A DNA stretch of 64,000 nt, taken from assembly GCF_009914755.1 (NCBI RefSeq), contig NC_060943.1; one strand, 5' to 3'. The notes beneath the pieces were generated by a model that did no database searches, had not been told where the DNA came from, and worked only from the letters and a program-made list of their open reading frames with translations. The position numbers were made by a program, and so were the translations under genes. This stretch comes from the human T2T-CHM13v2.0 reference genome, Homo sapiens. Below are positions 1-33,497 of this stretch, piece after piece (within the stretch, counting starts at the first letter, position 1; every line of letters starts with the position of its first letter).

Positions 1-1753
1 CAGGCTCTGTGGGGCTGCAGCCCAGGGTTGGACTATGAGTGTGAAGCCATCTCAGCAAGTAAGGCCAGGTCCCATGAACAAGAGTGGGAGCACGTGGCTT
101 CCTGCTCTGTATATGGGGTGGGGGATTCCATGCCCCATAGAACCAGATGGCCGGGGTTCAGATGGAGAAGGAGCAGGACAGGGGATCCCCAGGATAGGAG
201 GACCCCAGTGTCCCCACCCAGGCAGGTGACTGATGAATGGGCATGCAGGGTCCTCCTGGGCTGGGCTCTCCCTTTGTCCCTCAGGATTCCTTGAAGGAAC
301 ATCCGGAAGCCGACCACATCTACCTGGTGGGTTCTGGGGAGTCCATGTAAAGCCAGGAGCTTGTGTTGCTAGGAGGGGTCATGGCATGTGCTGGGGGCAC
401 CAAAGAGAGAAACCTGAGGGCAGGCAGGACCTGGTCTGAGGAGGCATGGGAGCCCAGATGGGGAGATGGATGTCAGGAAAGGCTGCCCCATCAGGGAGGG
501 TGATAGCAATGGGGGGTCTGTGGGAGTGGGCACGTGGGATTCCCTGGGCTCTGCCAAGTTCCCTCCCATAGTCACAACCTGGGGACACTGCCCATGAAGG
601 GGCGCCTTTGCCCAGCCAGATGCTGCTGGTTCTGCCCATCCACTACCCTCTCTGCTCCAGCCACTCTGGGTCTTTCTCCAGATGCCCTGGACAGCCCTGG
701 CCTGGACCTGTCCCCTGAGAGGTGTTGGGAGAAGCTGAGTCTCTGGGGACACTCTCATCAGAGTCTGAAAGGCACATCAGGAAACATCCCTGGTCTCCAG
801 GACTAGGCAATGAGGAAAGGGCCCCAGCTCCTCCCTTTGCCACTGAGAGGGTCGACCCTGGGTGGCCACAGTGACTTCTGCGTCTGTCCCAGTCACCCTG
901 AAACCACAACAAAACCCCAGCCCCAGACCCTGCAGGTACAATACATGTGGGGACAGTCTGTACCCAGGGGAAGCCAGTTCTCTCTTCCTAGGAGACCGGG
1001 CCTCAGGGCTGTGCCCGGGGCAGGCGGGGGCAGCACGTGCCTGTCCTTGAGAACTCGGGACCTTAAGGGTCTCTGCTCTGTGAGGCACAGCAAGGATCCT
1101 TCTGTCCAGAGATGAAAGCAGCTCCTGCCCCTCCTCTGACCTCTTCCTCCTTCCCAAATCTCAACCAACAAATAGGTGTTTCAAATCTCATCATCAAATC
1201 TTCATCCATCCACATGAGAAAGCTTAAAACCCAATGGATTGACAACATCAAGAGTTGGAACAAGTGGACATGGAGATGTTACTTGTGGAAATTTAGATGT
1301 GTTCAGCTATCGGGCAGGAGAATCTGTGTCAAATTCCAGCATGGTTCAGAAGAATCAAAAAGTGTCACAGTCCAAATGTGCAACAGTGCAGGGGATAAAA
1401 CTGTGGTGCATTCAAACTGAGGGATATTTTGGAACATGAGAAAGGAAGGGATTGCTGCTGCACAGAACATGGATGATCTCACACATAGAGTTGAAAGAAA
1501 GGAGTCAATCGCAGAATAGAAAATGATCACTAATTCCACCTCTATAAAGTTTCCAAGAGGAAAACCCAATTCTGCTGCTAGAGATCAGAATGGAGGTGAC
1601 CTGTGCCTTGCAATGGCTGTGAGGGTCACGGGAGTGTCACTTAGTGCAGGCAATGTGCCGTATCTTAATCTGGGCAGGGCTTTCATGAGCACATAGGAAT
1701 GCAGACATTACTGCTGTGTTCATTTTACTTCACCGGAAAAGAAGAATAAAATC

Positions 1754-2486
<733 letters not shown>

Positions 2487-3330
2487 GGAGACAGTGCAGA
2501 CGCCAATGACAATAAAAAGAGGGACCTCCGTCACCCGGTAAACATGTCCACACAGCTCCAGCAAGCACCCGTCTTCCCAGTGAATCACTGTAACCTCCCC
2601 TTTAATCAGCCCCAGGCAAGGCTGCCTGCGATGGCCACACAGGCTCCAACCCGTGGGCCTCAACCTCCCGCAGAGGCTCTCCTTTGGCCACCCCATGGGG
2701 AGAGCATGAGGACAGGGCAGAGCCCTCTGATGCCCACACATGGCAGGAGCTGACGCCAGAGCCATGGGGGCTGGAGAGCAGAGCTGCTGGGGTCAGAGCT
2801 TCCTGAGGACACCCAGGCCTAAGGGAAGGCAGCTCCCTGGATGGGGGCAACCAGGCTCCGGGCTCCAACCTCAGAGCCCGCATGGGAGGAGCCAGCACTC
2901 TAGGCCTTTCCTAGGGTGACTCTGAGGGGACCCTGACACGACAGGATCGCTGAATGCACCCGAGATGAAGGGGCCACCACGGGACCCTGCTCTCGTGGCA
3001 GATCAGGAGAGAGTGGGACACCATGCCAGGCCCCCATGGCATGGCTGCGACTGACCCAGGCCACTCCCCTGCATGCATCAGCCTCGGTAAGTCACATGAC
3101 CAAGCCCAGGACCAATGTGGAAGGAAGGAAACAGCATCCCCTTTAGTGATGGAACCCAAGGTCAGTGCAAAGAGAGGCCATGAGCAGTTAGGAAGGGTGG
3201 TCCAACCTACAGCACAAACCATCGTCTATCATAAGTAGAAGCCCTGCTCCATGACCCCTGCATTTAAATAAACGTTTGTTAAATGAGTCAAATTCCCTCA
3301 CCATGAGAGCTCACCTGTGTGTAGGCCCAT

Positions 3331-3338
3331 CACACACA

Positions 3339-3374
<36 letters not shown>
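3331..3374. repeat. (CA)n microsatellite, interrupted
   Basis: Direct reading. Confidence 0.95.
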
Positions 3375-3376
<2 letters not shown>

Positions 3377-3528
3377 GAAAGTGCAGGATCCTGGACAGCA
3401 CCAGGCAGGCTTCACAGGCAGAGCAAACAGCGTGAATGACCCATGCAGTGCCCTGGGCCCCATCAGCTCAGAGACCCTGTGAGGGCTGAGATGGGGCTAG
3501 GCAGGGGAGAGACTTAGAGAGGGTGGGG

Positions 3529-3756
3529 CCTCCAGGGAGGGGGCTGCAGGGAGCTGGGTACTGCCCTCCAGGGAGGGGGCTGCAGGGAGCTGGGTACTGC
3601 CCTCCAGGGAGGGGGCTGCAGGGAGCTGGGTACTGCCCTCCAGGGAGGGGGCTGCAGGGAGCTGGGTACTGCCCTCCAGGGAGGGGGCTGCAGGGAGCTG
3701 GGTACTGCCCTCCAGGGAGGGGGCTGCAGGGAGCTGGGTACTGCCCTCCAGGGAGG
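3529..3756. repeat. 36-bp G-rich minisatellite, 6.3 identical copies
   Basis: Unit CCTCCAGGGAGGGGGCTGCAGGGAGCTGGGTACTGC at 3529, 3565, 3601, 3637, 3673, 3709, partial at 3745. Confidence 0.98.
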
Positions 3757-5198
3757 CAGGAGCACTGTTCCCAACAGAGAGCACATCTTCCTGCAGCAGC
3801 TGCACAGACACAGGAGCCCCCATGACTGCCCTGGGCCAGGGTGTGGATTCCAAATTTCGTGCCCCATTGGGTGGGACGGAGGTTGACCGTGACATCCAAG
3901 GGGCATCTGTGATTCCAAACTTAAACTACTGTGCCTACAAAATAGGAAATAACCCTACTTTTTCTACTATCTCAAATTCCCTAAGCACAAGCTAGCACCC
4001 TTTAAATCAGGAAGTTCAGTCACTCCTGGGGTCCTCCCATGCCCCCAGTCTGACTTGCAGGTGCACAGGGTGGCTGACATCTGTCCTTGCTCCTCCTCTT
4101 GGCTCAACTGCCGCCCCTCCTGGGGGTGACTGATGGTCAGGACAAGGGATCCTAGAGCTGGCCCCATGATTGACAGGAAGGCAGGACTTGGCCTCCATTC
4201 TGAAGACTAGGGGTGTCAAGAGAGCTGGGCATCCCACAGAGCTGCACAAGATGACGCGGACAGAGGGTGACACAGGGCTCAGGGCTTCAGACGGGTCGGG
4301 AGGCTCAGCTGAGAGTTCAGGGACAGACCTGAGGAGCCTCAGTGGGAAAAGAAGCACTGAAGTGGGAAGTTCTGGAATGTTCTGGACAAGCCTGAGTGCT
4401 CTAAGGAAATGCTCCCACCCCGATGTAGCCTGCAGCACTGGACGGTCTGTGTACCTCCCCGCTGCCCATCCTCTCACAGCCCCCGCCTCTAGGGACACAA
4501 CTCCTGCCCTAACGTGCATCTTTCCTGTCTCATTCCACACAAAAGGGCCTCTGGGGTCCCTGTTCTGCATTGCAAGGAGTGGAGGTCACGTTCCCACAGA
4601 CCACCCAGCAACAGGGTCCTATGGAGGTGCGGTCAGGAGGATCACACGTCCCCCCATGCCCAGGGGACTGACTCTGGGGGTGATGGATTGGCCTGGAGGC
4701 CACTGGTCCCCTCTGTCCCTGAGGGGAACCTGCACCCTGGAGGCTGCCACATCCCTCCTGATTCTTTCAGCTGAGGGCCCTTCTTGAAATCCCAGGGAGG
4801 ACTCAACCCCCACTGGGAAAGGCCCAGTGTGGACGGTTCCACAGCAGCCCAGCTAAGGCCCTTGGACACAGATCCTGAGTGAGAGAACCTTTAGGGACAC
4901 AGGTGCACGGCCATGTCCCCAGTGCCCACACAGAGCAGGGGCATCTGGACCCTGAGTGTGTAGCTCCCGCGACTGAACCCAGCCCTTCCCCAATGACGTG
5001 ACCCCTGGGGTGGCTCCAGGTCTCCAGTCCATGCCACCAAAATCTCCAGATTGAGGGTCCTCCCTTGAGTCCCTGATGCCTGTCCAGGAGCTGCCCCCTG
5101 AGCAAATCTAGAGTGCAGAGGGCTGGGATTGTGGCAGTAAAAGCAGCCACATTTGTCTCAGGAAGGAAAGGGAGGACATGAGCTCCAGGAAGGGCGAT

Positions 5199-5214
5199 GG
5201 CGTCCTCTAGTGGG
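5199..5214 (-). promoter_or_regulatory. Candidate CTCF site (one core mismatch)
   Basis: Reverse complement cCCACTAGAGGaCGCC. Confidence 0.4.
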
Positions 5215-5389
5215 CGCCTCCTGTTAATGAGCAAAAAGGGGCCAGGAGAGTTGAGAGATCAGGGCTGGCCTTGGACTAAGGCTCAGATGGAGAGGACTGA
5301 GGTGCAAAGAGGGGGCTGAAGTAGGGGAGTGGTCGGGAGAGATGGGAGGAGCAGGTAAGGGGAAGCCCCAGGGAGGCCGGGGGAGGGTA

Positions 5390-5595
5390 CAGCAGAGCTC
5401 TCCACTCCTCAGCATTGACATTTGGGGTGGTCGTGCTAGTGGGGTTCTGTAAGTTGTAGGGTGTTCAGCACCATCTGGGGACTCTACCCACTAAATGCCA
5501 GCAGGACTCCCTCCCCAAGCTCTAACAACCAACAATGTCTCCAGACTTTCCAAATGTCCCCTGGAGAGCAAAATTGCTTCTGGCAGAATCACTGA
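5390..5595 (+). mobile_element. MER20-like hAT DNA transposon
   Basis: cattgacatttggg...ctctacccactaaatgccagcag...aatgtctccagac...aaatgtcccctgg. Confidence 0.75.
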
Positions 5596-7987
5596 TCTAC
5601 GTCAGTCTCTAAAAGTGACTCATCAGCGAAATCCTTCACCTCTTGGGAGAAGAATCACAAGTGTGAGAGGGGTAGAAACTGCAGACTTCAAAATCTTTCC
5701 AAAAGAGTTTTACTTAATCAGCAGTTTGATGTCCCAGGAGAAGATACATTTAGAGTGTTTAGAGTTGATGCCACATGGCTGCCTGTACCTCACAGCAGGA
5801 GCAGAGTGGGTTTTCCAAGGGCCTGTAACCACAACTGGAATGACACTCACTGGGTTACATTACAAAGTGGAATGTGGGGAATTCTGTAGACTTTGGGAAG
5901 GGAAATGTATGACGTGAGCCCACAGCCTAAGGCAGTGGACAGTCCACTTTGAGGCTCTCACCATCTAGGAGACATCTCAGCCATGAACATAGCCACATCT
6001 GTCATTAGAAAACATGTTTTATTAAGAGGAAAAATCTAGGCTAGAAGTGCTTTATGCTCTTTTTTCTCTTTATGTTCAAATTCATATACTTTTAGATCAT
6101 TCCTTAAAGAAGAATCTATCCCCCTAAGTAAATGTTATCACTGACTGGATAGTGTTGGTGTCTCACTCCCAACCCCTGTGTGGTGACAGTGCCCTGCTTC
6201 CCCAGCCCTGGGCCCTCTCTGATTCCTGAGAGCTTTGGGTGCTCCTTCATTAGGAGGAAGAGAGGAAGGGTGTTTTTAATATTCTCACCATTCACCCATC
6301 CACCTCTTAGACACTGGGAAGAATCAGTTGCCCACTCTTGGATTTGATCCTCGAATTAATGACCTCTATTTCTGTCCCTTGTCCATTTCAACAATGTGAC
6401 AGGCCTAAGAGGTGCCTTCTCCATGTGATTTTTGAGGAGAAGGTTCTCAAGATAAGTTTTCTCACACCTCTTTGAATTACCTCCACCTGTGTCCCCATCA
6501 CCATTACCAGCAGCATTTGGACCCTTTTTCTGTTAGTCAGATGCTTTCCACCTCTTGAGGGTGTATACTGTATGCTCTCTACACAGGAATATGCAGAGGA
6601 AATAGAAAAAGGGAAATCGCATTACTATTCAGAGAGAAGAAGACCTTTATGTGAATGAATGAGAGTCTAAAATCCTAAGAGAGCCCATATAAAATTATTA
6701 CCAGTGCTAAAACTACAAAAGTTACACTAACAGTAAACTAGAATAATAAAACATGCATCACAGTTGCTGGTAAAGCTAAATCAGATATTTTTTTCTTAGA
6801 AAAAGCATTCCATGTGTGTTGCAGTGATGACAGGAGTGCCCTTCAGTCAATATGCTGCCTGTAATTTTTGTTCCCTGGCAGAATGTATTGTCTTTTCTCC
6901 CTTTAAATCTTAAATGCAAAACTAAAGGCAGCTCCTGGGCCCCCTCCCCAAAGTCAGCTGCCTGCAACCAGCCCCACGAAGAGCAGAGGCCTGAGCTTCC
7001 CTGGTCAAAATAGGGGGCTAGGGAGCTTAACCTCGCTCGATAAAGCTGTGTTCCCAGAATGTCGCTCCTGTTCCCAGGGGCACCAGCCTGGAGGGTGGTG
7101 AGCCTCACTGGTGGCCTGATGCTTACCTTGTGCCCTCACACCAGTGGTCACTGGAACCTTGAACACTTGGCTGTCGCCCGGATCTGCAGATGTCAAGAAC
7201 TTCTGGAAGTCAAATTACTGCCCATTTCTCCAGGGCAGATACCTGTGAACATCCAAAACCATGCCACAGAACCCTGCCTGGGGTCTACAACACATATGGA
7301 CTGTGAGCACCAAGTCCAGCCCTGAATCTGTGACCACCTGCCAAGATGCCCCTAACTGGGATCCACCAATCACTGCACATGGCAGGCAGCGAGGCTTGGA
7401 GGTGCTTCGCCACAAGGCAGCCCCAATTTGCTGGGAGTTTCTTGGCACCTGGTAGTGGTGAGGAGCCTTGGGACCCTCAGGATTACTCCCCTTAAGCATA
7501 GTGGGGACCCTTCTGCATCCCCAGCAGGTGCCCCGCTCTTCAGAGCCTCTCTCTCTGAGGTTTACCCAGACCCCTGCACCAATGAGACCATGCTGAAGCC
7601 TCAGAGAGAGAGATGGAGCTTTGACCAGGAGCCGCTCTTCCTTGAGGGCCAGGGCAGGGAAAGCAGGAGGCAGCACCAGGAGTGGGAACACCAGTGTCTA
7701 AGCCCCTGATGAGAACAGGGTGGTCTCTCCCATATGCCCATACCAGGCCTGTGAACAGAATCCTCCTTCTGCAGTGACAATGTCTGAGAGGACGACATGT
7801 TTCCCAGCCTAACGTGCAGCCATGCCCATCTACCCACTGCCTACTGCAGGACAGCACCAACCCAGGAGCTGGGAAGCTGGGAGAAGACATGGAATACCCA
7901 TGGCTTCTCACCTTCCTCCAGTCCAGTGGGCACCATTTATGCCTAGGACACCCACCTGCCGGCCCCAGGCTCTTAAGAGTTAGGTCA

Positions 7988-8335
<348 letters not shown>

Positions 8336-9447
8336 CAAGAAACACTGGGAGAGGGAAAGCCCACCATGTAAAATACACCCACCCTAATCAGATAGTCCTC
8401 ATTGTACCCAGGTACAGGCCCCTCATGACCTGCACAGGAATAACTAAGGATTTAAGGACATGAGGCTTCCCAGCCAACTGCAGGTGCACAACATAAATGT
8501 ATCTGCAAACAGACTGAGAGTAAAGCTGGGGGCACAAACCTCAGCACTGCCAGGACACACACCCTTCTCGTGGATTCTGACTTTATCTGACCCGGCCCAC
8601 TGTCCAGATCTTGTTGTGGGATTGGGACAAGGGAGGTCATAAAGCCTGTCCCCAGGGCACTCTGTGTGAGCACACGAGACCTCCCCACCCCCCCACCGTT
8701 AGGTCTCCACACATAGATCTGACCATTAGGCATTGTGAGGAGGACTCTAGCGCGGGCTCAGGGATCACACCAGAGAATCAGGTACAGAGAGGAAGACGGG
8801 GCTCGAGGAGCTGATGGATGACACAGAGCAGGGTTCCTGCAGTCCACAGGTCCAGCTCACCCTGGTGTAGGTGCCCCATCCCCCTGATCCAGGCATCCCT
8901 GACACAGCTCCCTCCCGGAGCCTCCTCCCAGGTGACACATCAGGGTCCCTCACTCAAGCTGTCCAGAGAGGGCAGCACCTTGGACAGCGCCCACCCCACT
9001 TCACTCTTCCTCCCTCACAGGGCTCAGGGCTCAGGGCTCAAGTCTCAGAACAAATGGCAGAGGCCAGTGAGCCCAGAGATGGTGACAGGGCAATGATCCA
9101 GGGGCAGCTGCCTGAAACGGGAGCAGGTGAAGCCACAGATGGGAGAAGATGGTTCAGGAAGAAAAATCCAGGAATGGGCAGGAGAGGAGAGGAGGACACA
9201 GGCTCTGTGGGGCTGCAGCCCAGGATGGGACTAAGTGTGAAGACATCTCAGCAGGTGAGGCCAGGTCCCATGAACAGAGAAGCAGCTCCCACCTCCCCTG
9301 ATGCACGGACACACAGAGTGTGTGGTGCTGTGCCCCCAGAGTCGGGCTCTCCTGTTCTGGTCCCCAGGGAGTGAGAAGTGAGGTTGACTTGTCCCTGCTC
9401 CTCTCTGCTACCCCAACATTCACCTTCTCCTCATGCCCCTCTCTCTC

Positions 9448-9847
9448 AAATATGATTTGGATCTATGTCCCCGCCCAAATCTCATGTCAAATTGTAAACC
9501 CCAATGTTGGAGGTGGGGCCTTGTGAGAAGTGATTGGATAATGCGGGTGGATTTTCTGCTTTGATGCTGTTTCTGTGATAGAGATCTCACATGATCTGGT
9601 TGTTTAAAAGTGTGTAGCACCTCTCCCCTCTCTCTCTCTCTCTCTTACTCATGCTCTGCCATGTAAGACGTTCCTGTTTCCCCTTCACCGTCCAGAATGA
9701 TTGTAAGTTTTCTGAGGCCTCCCCAGGAGCAGAAGCCACTATGCTTCCTGTACAACTGCAGAATGATGAGCGAATTAAACCTCTTTTCTTTATAAATTAC
9801 CCAGTCTCAGGTATTTCTTTATAGCAATGCGAGGACAGACTAATACA
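9448..9847 (+). mobile_element. MaLR solo LTR (MSTA-like)
   Basis: atgtccccgcccaaatctcatgtcaaattgt...aattaaacctcttttctttataaattacccagtctcaggtatttc...gactaataca. Confidence 0.88.
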
Positions 9848-10151
9848 ATCTTCTACTCCCAGATCCCCGCACACGCTTAGCCCCAGACATCACTGCCCCT
9901 GGGAGCATGCACAGCGCAGCCTCCTGCCGACAAAAGCAAAGTCACAAAAGGTGACAAAAATCTGCATTTGGGGACATCTGATTGTGAAAGAGGGAGGACA
10001 GTACACTTGTAGCCACAGAGACTGGGGCTCACCGAGCTGAAACCTGGTAGCACTTTGGCATAACATGTGCATGACCCGTGTTCAATGTCTAGAGATCAGT
10101 GTTGAGTAAAACAGCCTGGTCTGGGGCCGCTGCTGTCCCCACTTCCCTCCT

Positions 10152-10168
10152 GTCCACCAGAGGGCGGC
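10152..10168 (+). promoter_or_regulatory. Candidate CTCF site
   Basis: gtCCACCAGAGGGCGgc matches the CTCF core. Confidence 0.6.
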
Positions 10169-10324
10169 AGAGTTCCTCCCACCCTGGAGCCTCCCCAGGG
10201 GCTGCTGACCTCCCTCAGCCGGGCCCACAGCCCAGCAGGGTCCACCCTCACCCGGGTCACCTCGGCCCACGTCCTCCTCGCCCTCCGAGCTCCTCACACG
10301 GACTCTGTCAGCTCCTCCCTGCAG

Positions 10325-10390
10325 CCTATCGGCCGCCCACCTGAGGCTTGTCGGCCGCCCACTTGAGGCCTGTCGGCTGCCCTCTGCAGG
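10325..10390. repeat. 22-bp tandem repeat x3 containing GC boxes
   Basis: cctatcggccgcccacctgagg / cttgtcggccgcccacttgagg / cctgtcggctgccctctgcagg. Confidence 0.85.
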
Positions 10391-11559
10391 CAGCTCCTGT
10401 CCCCTACACCCCCTCCTTCCCCGGGCTCAGCTGAAAGGGCGTCTCCCAGGGCAGCTCCCTGTGATCTCCAGGACAGCTCAGTCTCTCACAGGCTCCGACG
10501 CCCCCTATGCTGTCACCTCACAGCCCTGTCATTACCATTAACTCCTCAGTCCCATGAAGTTCACTGAGCGCCTGTCTCCCGGTTACAGGAAAACTCTGTG
10601 ACAGGGACCACGTCTGTCCTGCTCTCTGTGGAATCCCAGGGCCCAGCCCAGTGCCTGACACGGAACAGATGCTCCATAAATACTGGTTAAATGTGTGGGA
10701 GATCTCTAAAAAGAAACATATCACCTCCGTGTGGCCCCCAGCAGTCAGAGTCTGTTCCATGTGGACACAGGGGCACTGGCACCAGCATGGGAGGAGGCCA
10801 GCAAGTGCCCGCGGCTGCCCCAGGAATGAGGCCTCAACCCCCAGAGCTTCAGAAGGGAGGACAGAGGCCTGCAGGGAATAGATCCTCCGGCCTGACCCTG
10901 CAGCCTAATCCAGAGTTCAGGGTCAGCTCACACCACGTCGACCCTGGTCAGCATCCCTAGGGCAGTTCCAGACAAGGCCGGAGGTCTCCTCTTGCCCTCC
11001 AGGGGGTGACATTGCACACAGACATCACTCAGGAAACGGATTCCCCTGGACAGGAACCTGGCTTTGCTAAGGAAGTGGAGGTGGAGCCTGGTTTCCATCC
11101 CTTGCTCCAACAGACCCTTCTGATCTCTCCCACATACCTGCTCTGTTCCTTTCTGGGTCCTATGAGGACCCTGTTCTGCCAGGGGTCCCTGTGCAACTCC
11201 AGACTCCCTCCTGGTACCACCATGGGGAAGGTGGGGTGATCACAGGACAGTCAGCCTCGCAGAGGACAGAGACCACCCAGGACTGTCAGGGAGAACATGG
11301 ACAGGCCCTGAGCCGCAGCTCAGCCAACAGACACGGAGAGGGAGGGTCCCCCTGGAGCCTTCCCCAAGGACAGCAGAGCCCAGAGTCACCCACCTCCCTC
11401 CACCACAGTCCTCTCTTTCCAGGACACACAAGACACCTCCCCCTCCACATGCAGGATCTGGGGACTCCTGAGACCTCTGGGCCTGGGTCTCCATCCCTGG
11501 GTCAGTGGCGGGGTTGGTGGTACTGGAGACAGAGGGCTGGTCCCTCCCCAGCCACCACC

Positions 11560-12059
11560 CAGTGAGCCTTTTTCTAGCCCCCAGAGCCACCTCTGTCACC
11601 TTCCTGTTGGGCATCATCCCACCTTCCCAGAGCCCTGGAGAGCATGGGGAGACCCGGGACCCTGCTGGGTTTCTCTGTCACAAAGGAAAATAATCCCCCT
11701 GGTGTGACAGACCCAAGGACAGAACACAGCAGAGGTCAGCACTGGGGAAGACAGGTTGTCCTCCCAGGGGATGGGGGTCCATCCACCTTGCCGAAAAGAT
11801 TTGTCTGAGGAACTGAAAATAGAAGGGAAAAAAGAGGAGGGACAAAAGAGGCAGAAATGAGAGGGGAGGGGACAGAGGACACCTGAATAAAGACCACACC
11901 CATGACCCACGTGATGCTGAGAAGTACTCCTGCCCTAGGAAGAGACTCAGGGCAGAGGGAGGAAGGACAGCAGACCAGACAGTCACAGCAGCCTTGACAA
12001 AACGTTCCTGGAACTCAAGCTCTTCTCCACAGAGGAGGACAGAGCAGACAGCAGAGACC
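11560..12059 (+). promoter_or_regulatory. CEACAM5: CEACAM5 TATA-less promoter and 5' UTR; USF E-box CACGTG at 11908-11913, CACCC box just upstream
   Basis: Directly upstream of the ATG; aligns with CEACAM6 58460-58995 including the E-box. Confidence 0.85.
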
Positions 12060-30666
<18,607 letters not shown>

Positions 30667-31629
30667 CAGCCCTGGTGTAGTTTCTTCATTTCAGGAAGAC
30701 TGGTAGGTATAATGGCCTTTCCTCTTGTTCTGTTTCCTGCAGTGCTGACTGCCATGCTTGGGAGAGGGAAAGGATTTCTTCACCTGTATCTGGGACTGGA
30801 TCTCTTCCTCCTACCCCCAAGCTCCTGCTTCTCAGCACTAATTCCTGCAGGTCTCTTCTTCCCTGGTCTTCATGCTCCCTGTACGCCACTGTCTCTTAGA
30901 TATAATTATCCCCACCCTCTGCTCATTTGTTTCCCAGATTCAATACATTGTCAAAGCCTCTTGGTCCTTTTTTAACATCTCACACTTGTGTCATTCTCTC
31001 CATTCCCATAAACCTCAACAACTGCTCAAAGTCCTGCTTGACCCCTTGTTGCCAGTCTTTGAAATCTTTCTTGCATATGACTGCCTCATTACCTTCCTAA
31101 AATCTAGTTCACTCGCCTACTCAAGAAGACACAGGGGCCTACTGTGGTGTATTAGATAAGTTCACATTTCTTCTCTTTACTAATCTTTTTTACTTCCTTT
31201 ACCACCACTCCCTTATATAATTCCATCATCCTAATAGATCTGTTTCCCTACACATCCCTGCCTCTCCACCCCACATGTACACAGAATTCTTAGTTCCGGT
31301 GTTACACCTAAAAACATGTCAAACAGGGTGACCTCCTTCCACTGTCTGCACTGTGGAGTTACCCACACCCTTAATCACAAGCAACTTCTGACCTCATGAA
31401 GAACAAAGACTGTAGCATTAACCTGTGAGTCTTAAGCTCAGGACACAACTGTGCCTGTGACTGAGAACCTTTTCCTGATAACCAATTCATATGTTCATAA
31501 CAGATACAGAAATGAAGAAGGCAAGGTCCTTAATTCTATAACAGGAGACAAAACCTGAAAAATAATCATAATGCCAAAATAGAAAGGAGTGAACATCACA
31601 AGAAATTAGAGAAATCTGACGGAAAATAT

Positions 31630-31792
31630 AGCTACACATTGGAATCACTCAGAAACATTTTATAAAATGGATACTTAAGTCCCACCGATAAATTCCGATT
31701 TACTGGTCTGGAGTGGGACCCAGGCATTCGTAATTTTTAAGCCTCCCCAGATGCTACTAATGTGTAGCCAGGATGGAGAAACCCTGTTCTAA
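31630..31792. mobile_element. MER5-like DNA transposon
   Basis: ggtctggagtgggacccaggcattc...tttttaagcctccccagatg. Confidence 0.65.
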
Positions 31793-31862
31793 ATAGGTAG
31801 GACTTGGGGCTAAACCCATGACTTTCAGCTAGGAGGATTAGAATTGCCCATGGAGTTTTTCT

Positions 31863-32250
<388 letters not shown>

Positions 32251-32519
32251 CTAGTTGAGAAACAGAAGCTGAATGGAAAGGCCACCTTATTTGATATGTT
32301 AAATTATATGGGAAGCACTGTCAAATCATTAGTGATGTTAAACCTTCTCTAAGTTATATTTATGAGTATGTTATTGATGTATTCCAAAAGTTATATAAGA
32401 AATTCTAGAAATCTAATTGGTTATCAGCCATAATGTCATATGCCACAGAAGTAACTAAATTTCTATGTGAGTTGTGTTCTTATTATAATAAATTATCATC
32501 AGATTTTTAACTGTACTCA

Positions 32520-32935
<416 letters not shown>

Positions 32936-33256
32936 CTAACTGACAGCTTCATGAAACTGTCCACCAAGATCAAGCAGAGAAAATAATTAATTTCATGGGA
33001 CTAAATGAACTAATGAGGATAATATTTTCATAATTTTTTATTTGAAATTTTGCTGATTCTTTAAATGTCTTGTTTCCCAGATTTCAGGAAACTTTTTTTC
33101 TTTTAAGCTATCCACAGCTTACAGCAATTTGATAAAATATACTTTTGTGAACAAAAATTGAGACATTTACATTTTCTCCCTATGTGGTCGCTCCAGACTT
33201 GGGAAACTATTCATGAATATTTATATTGTATGGTAATATAGTTATTGCACAAGTTC

Positions 33257-33262
33257 AATAAA
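33257..33262 (+). terminator. CEACAM5: Proximal poly(A) signal of CEACAM5
   Basis: AATAAA within the last exon; fits the known shorter CEA mRNA. Confidence 0.75.
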
Positions 33263-33497
33263 AATCTGCTCTTTGTATAACAGAATACATTTGAAAACAT
33301 TGGTTATATTACCAAGACTTTGACTAGAATGTCGTATTTGAGGATATAAACCCATAGGTAATAAACCCACAGGTACTACAAACAAAGTCTGAAGTCAGCC
33401 TTGGTTTGGCTTCCTAGTGTCAATTAAACTTCTAAAAGTTTAATTTGAGATTCCTTATAAAAACTTCCAGCAAAGCAACTTTAAAAAAGTCTGTGTG

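Noticed and set aside
3468-3918. Four overlapping 100-143 aa ORFs with 12-aa repeats; CRISPR-like periodicity
   Set aside because: By-product of a 36-bp minisatellite that lacks stops; the units are contiguous with no spacers.
4016-4787. 184-aa and 205-aa ORFs on opposite strands
   Set aside because: No recognisable family, GC-rich sequence with few stops, and no convincing exon boundaries.
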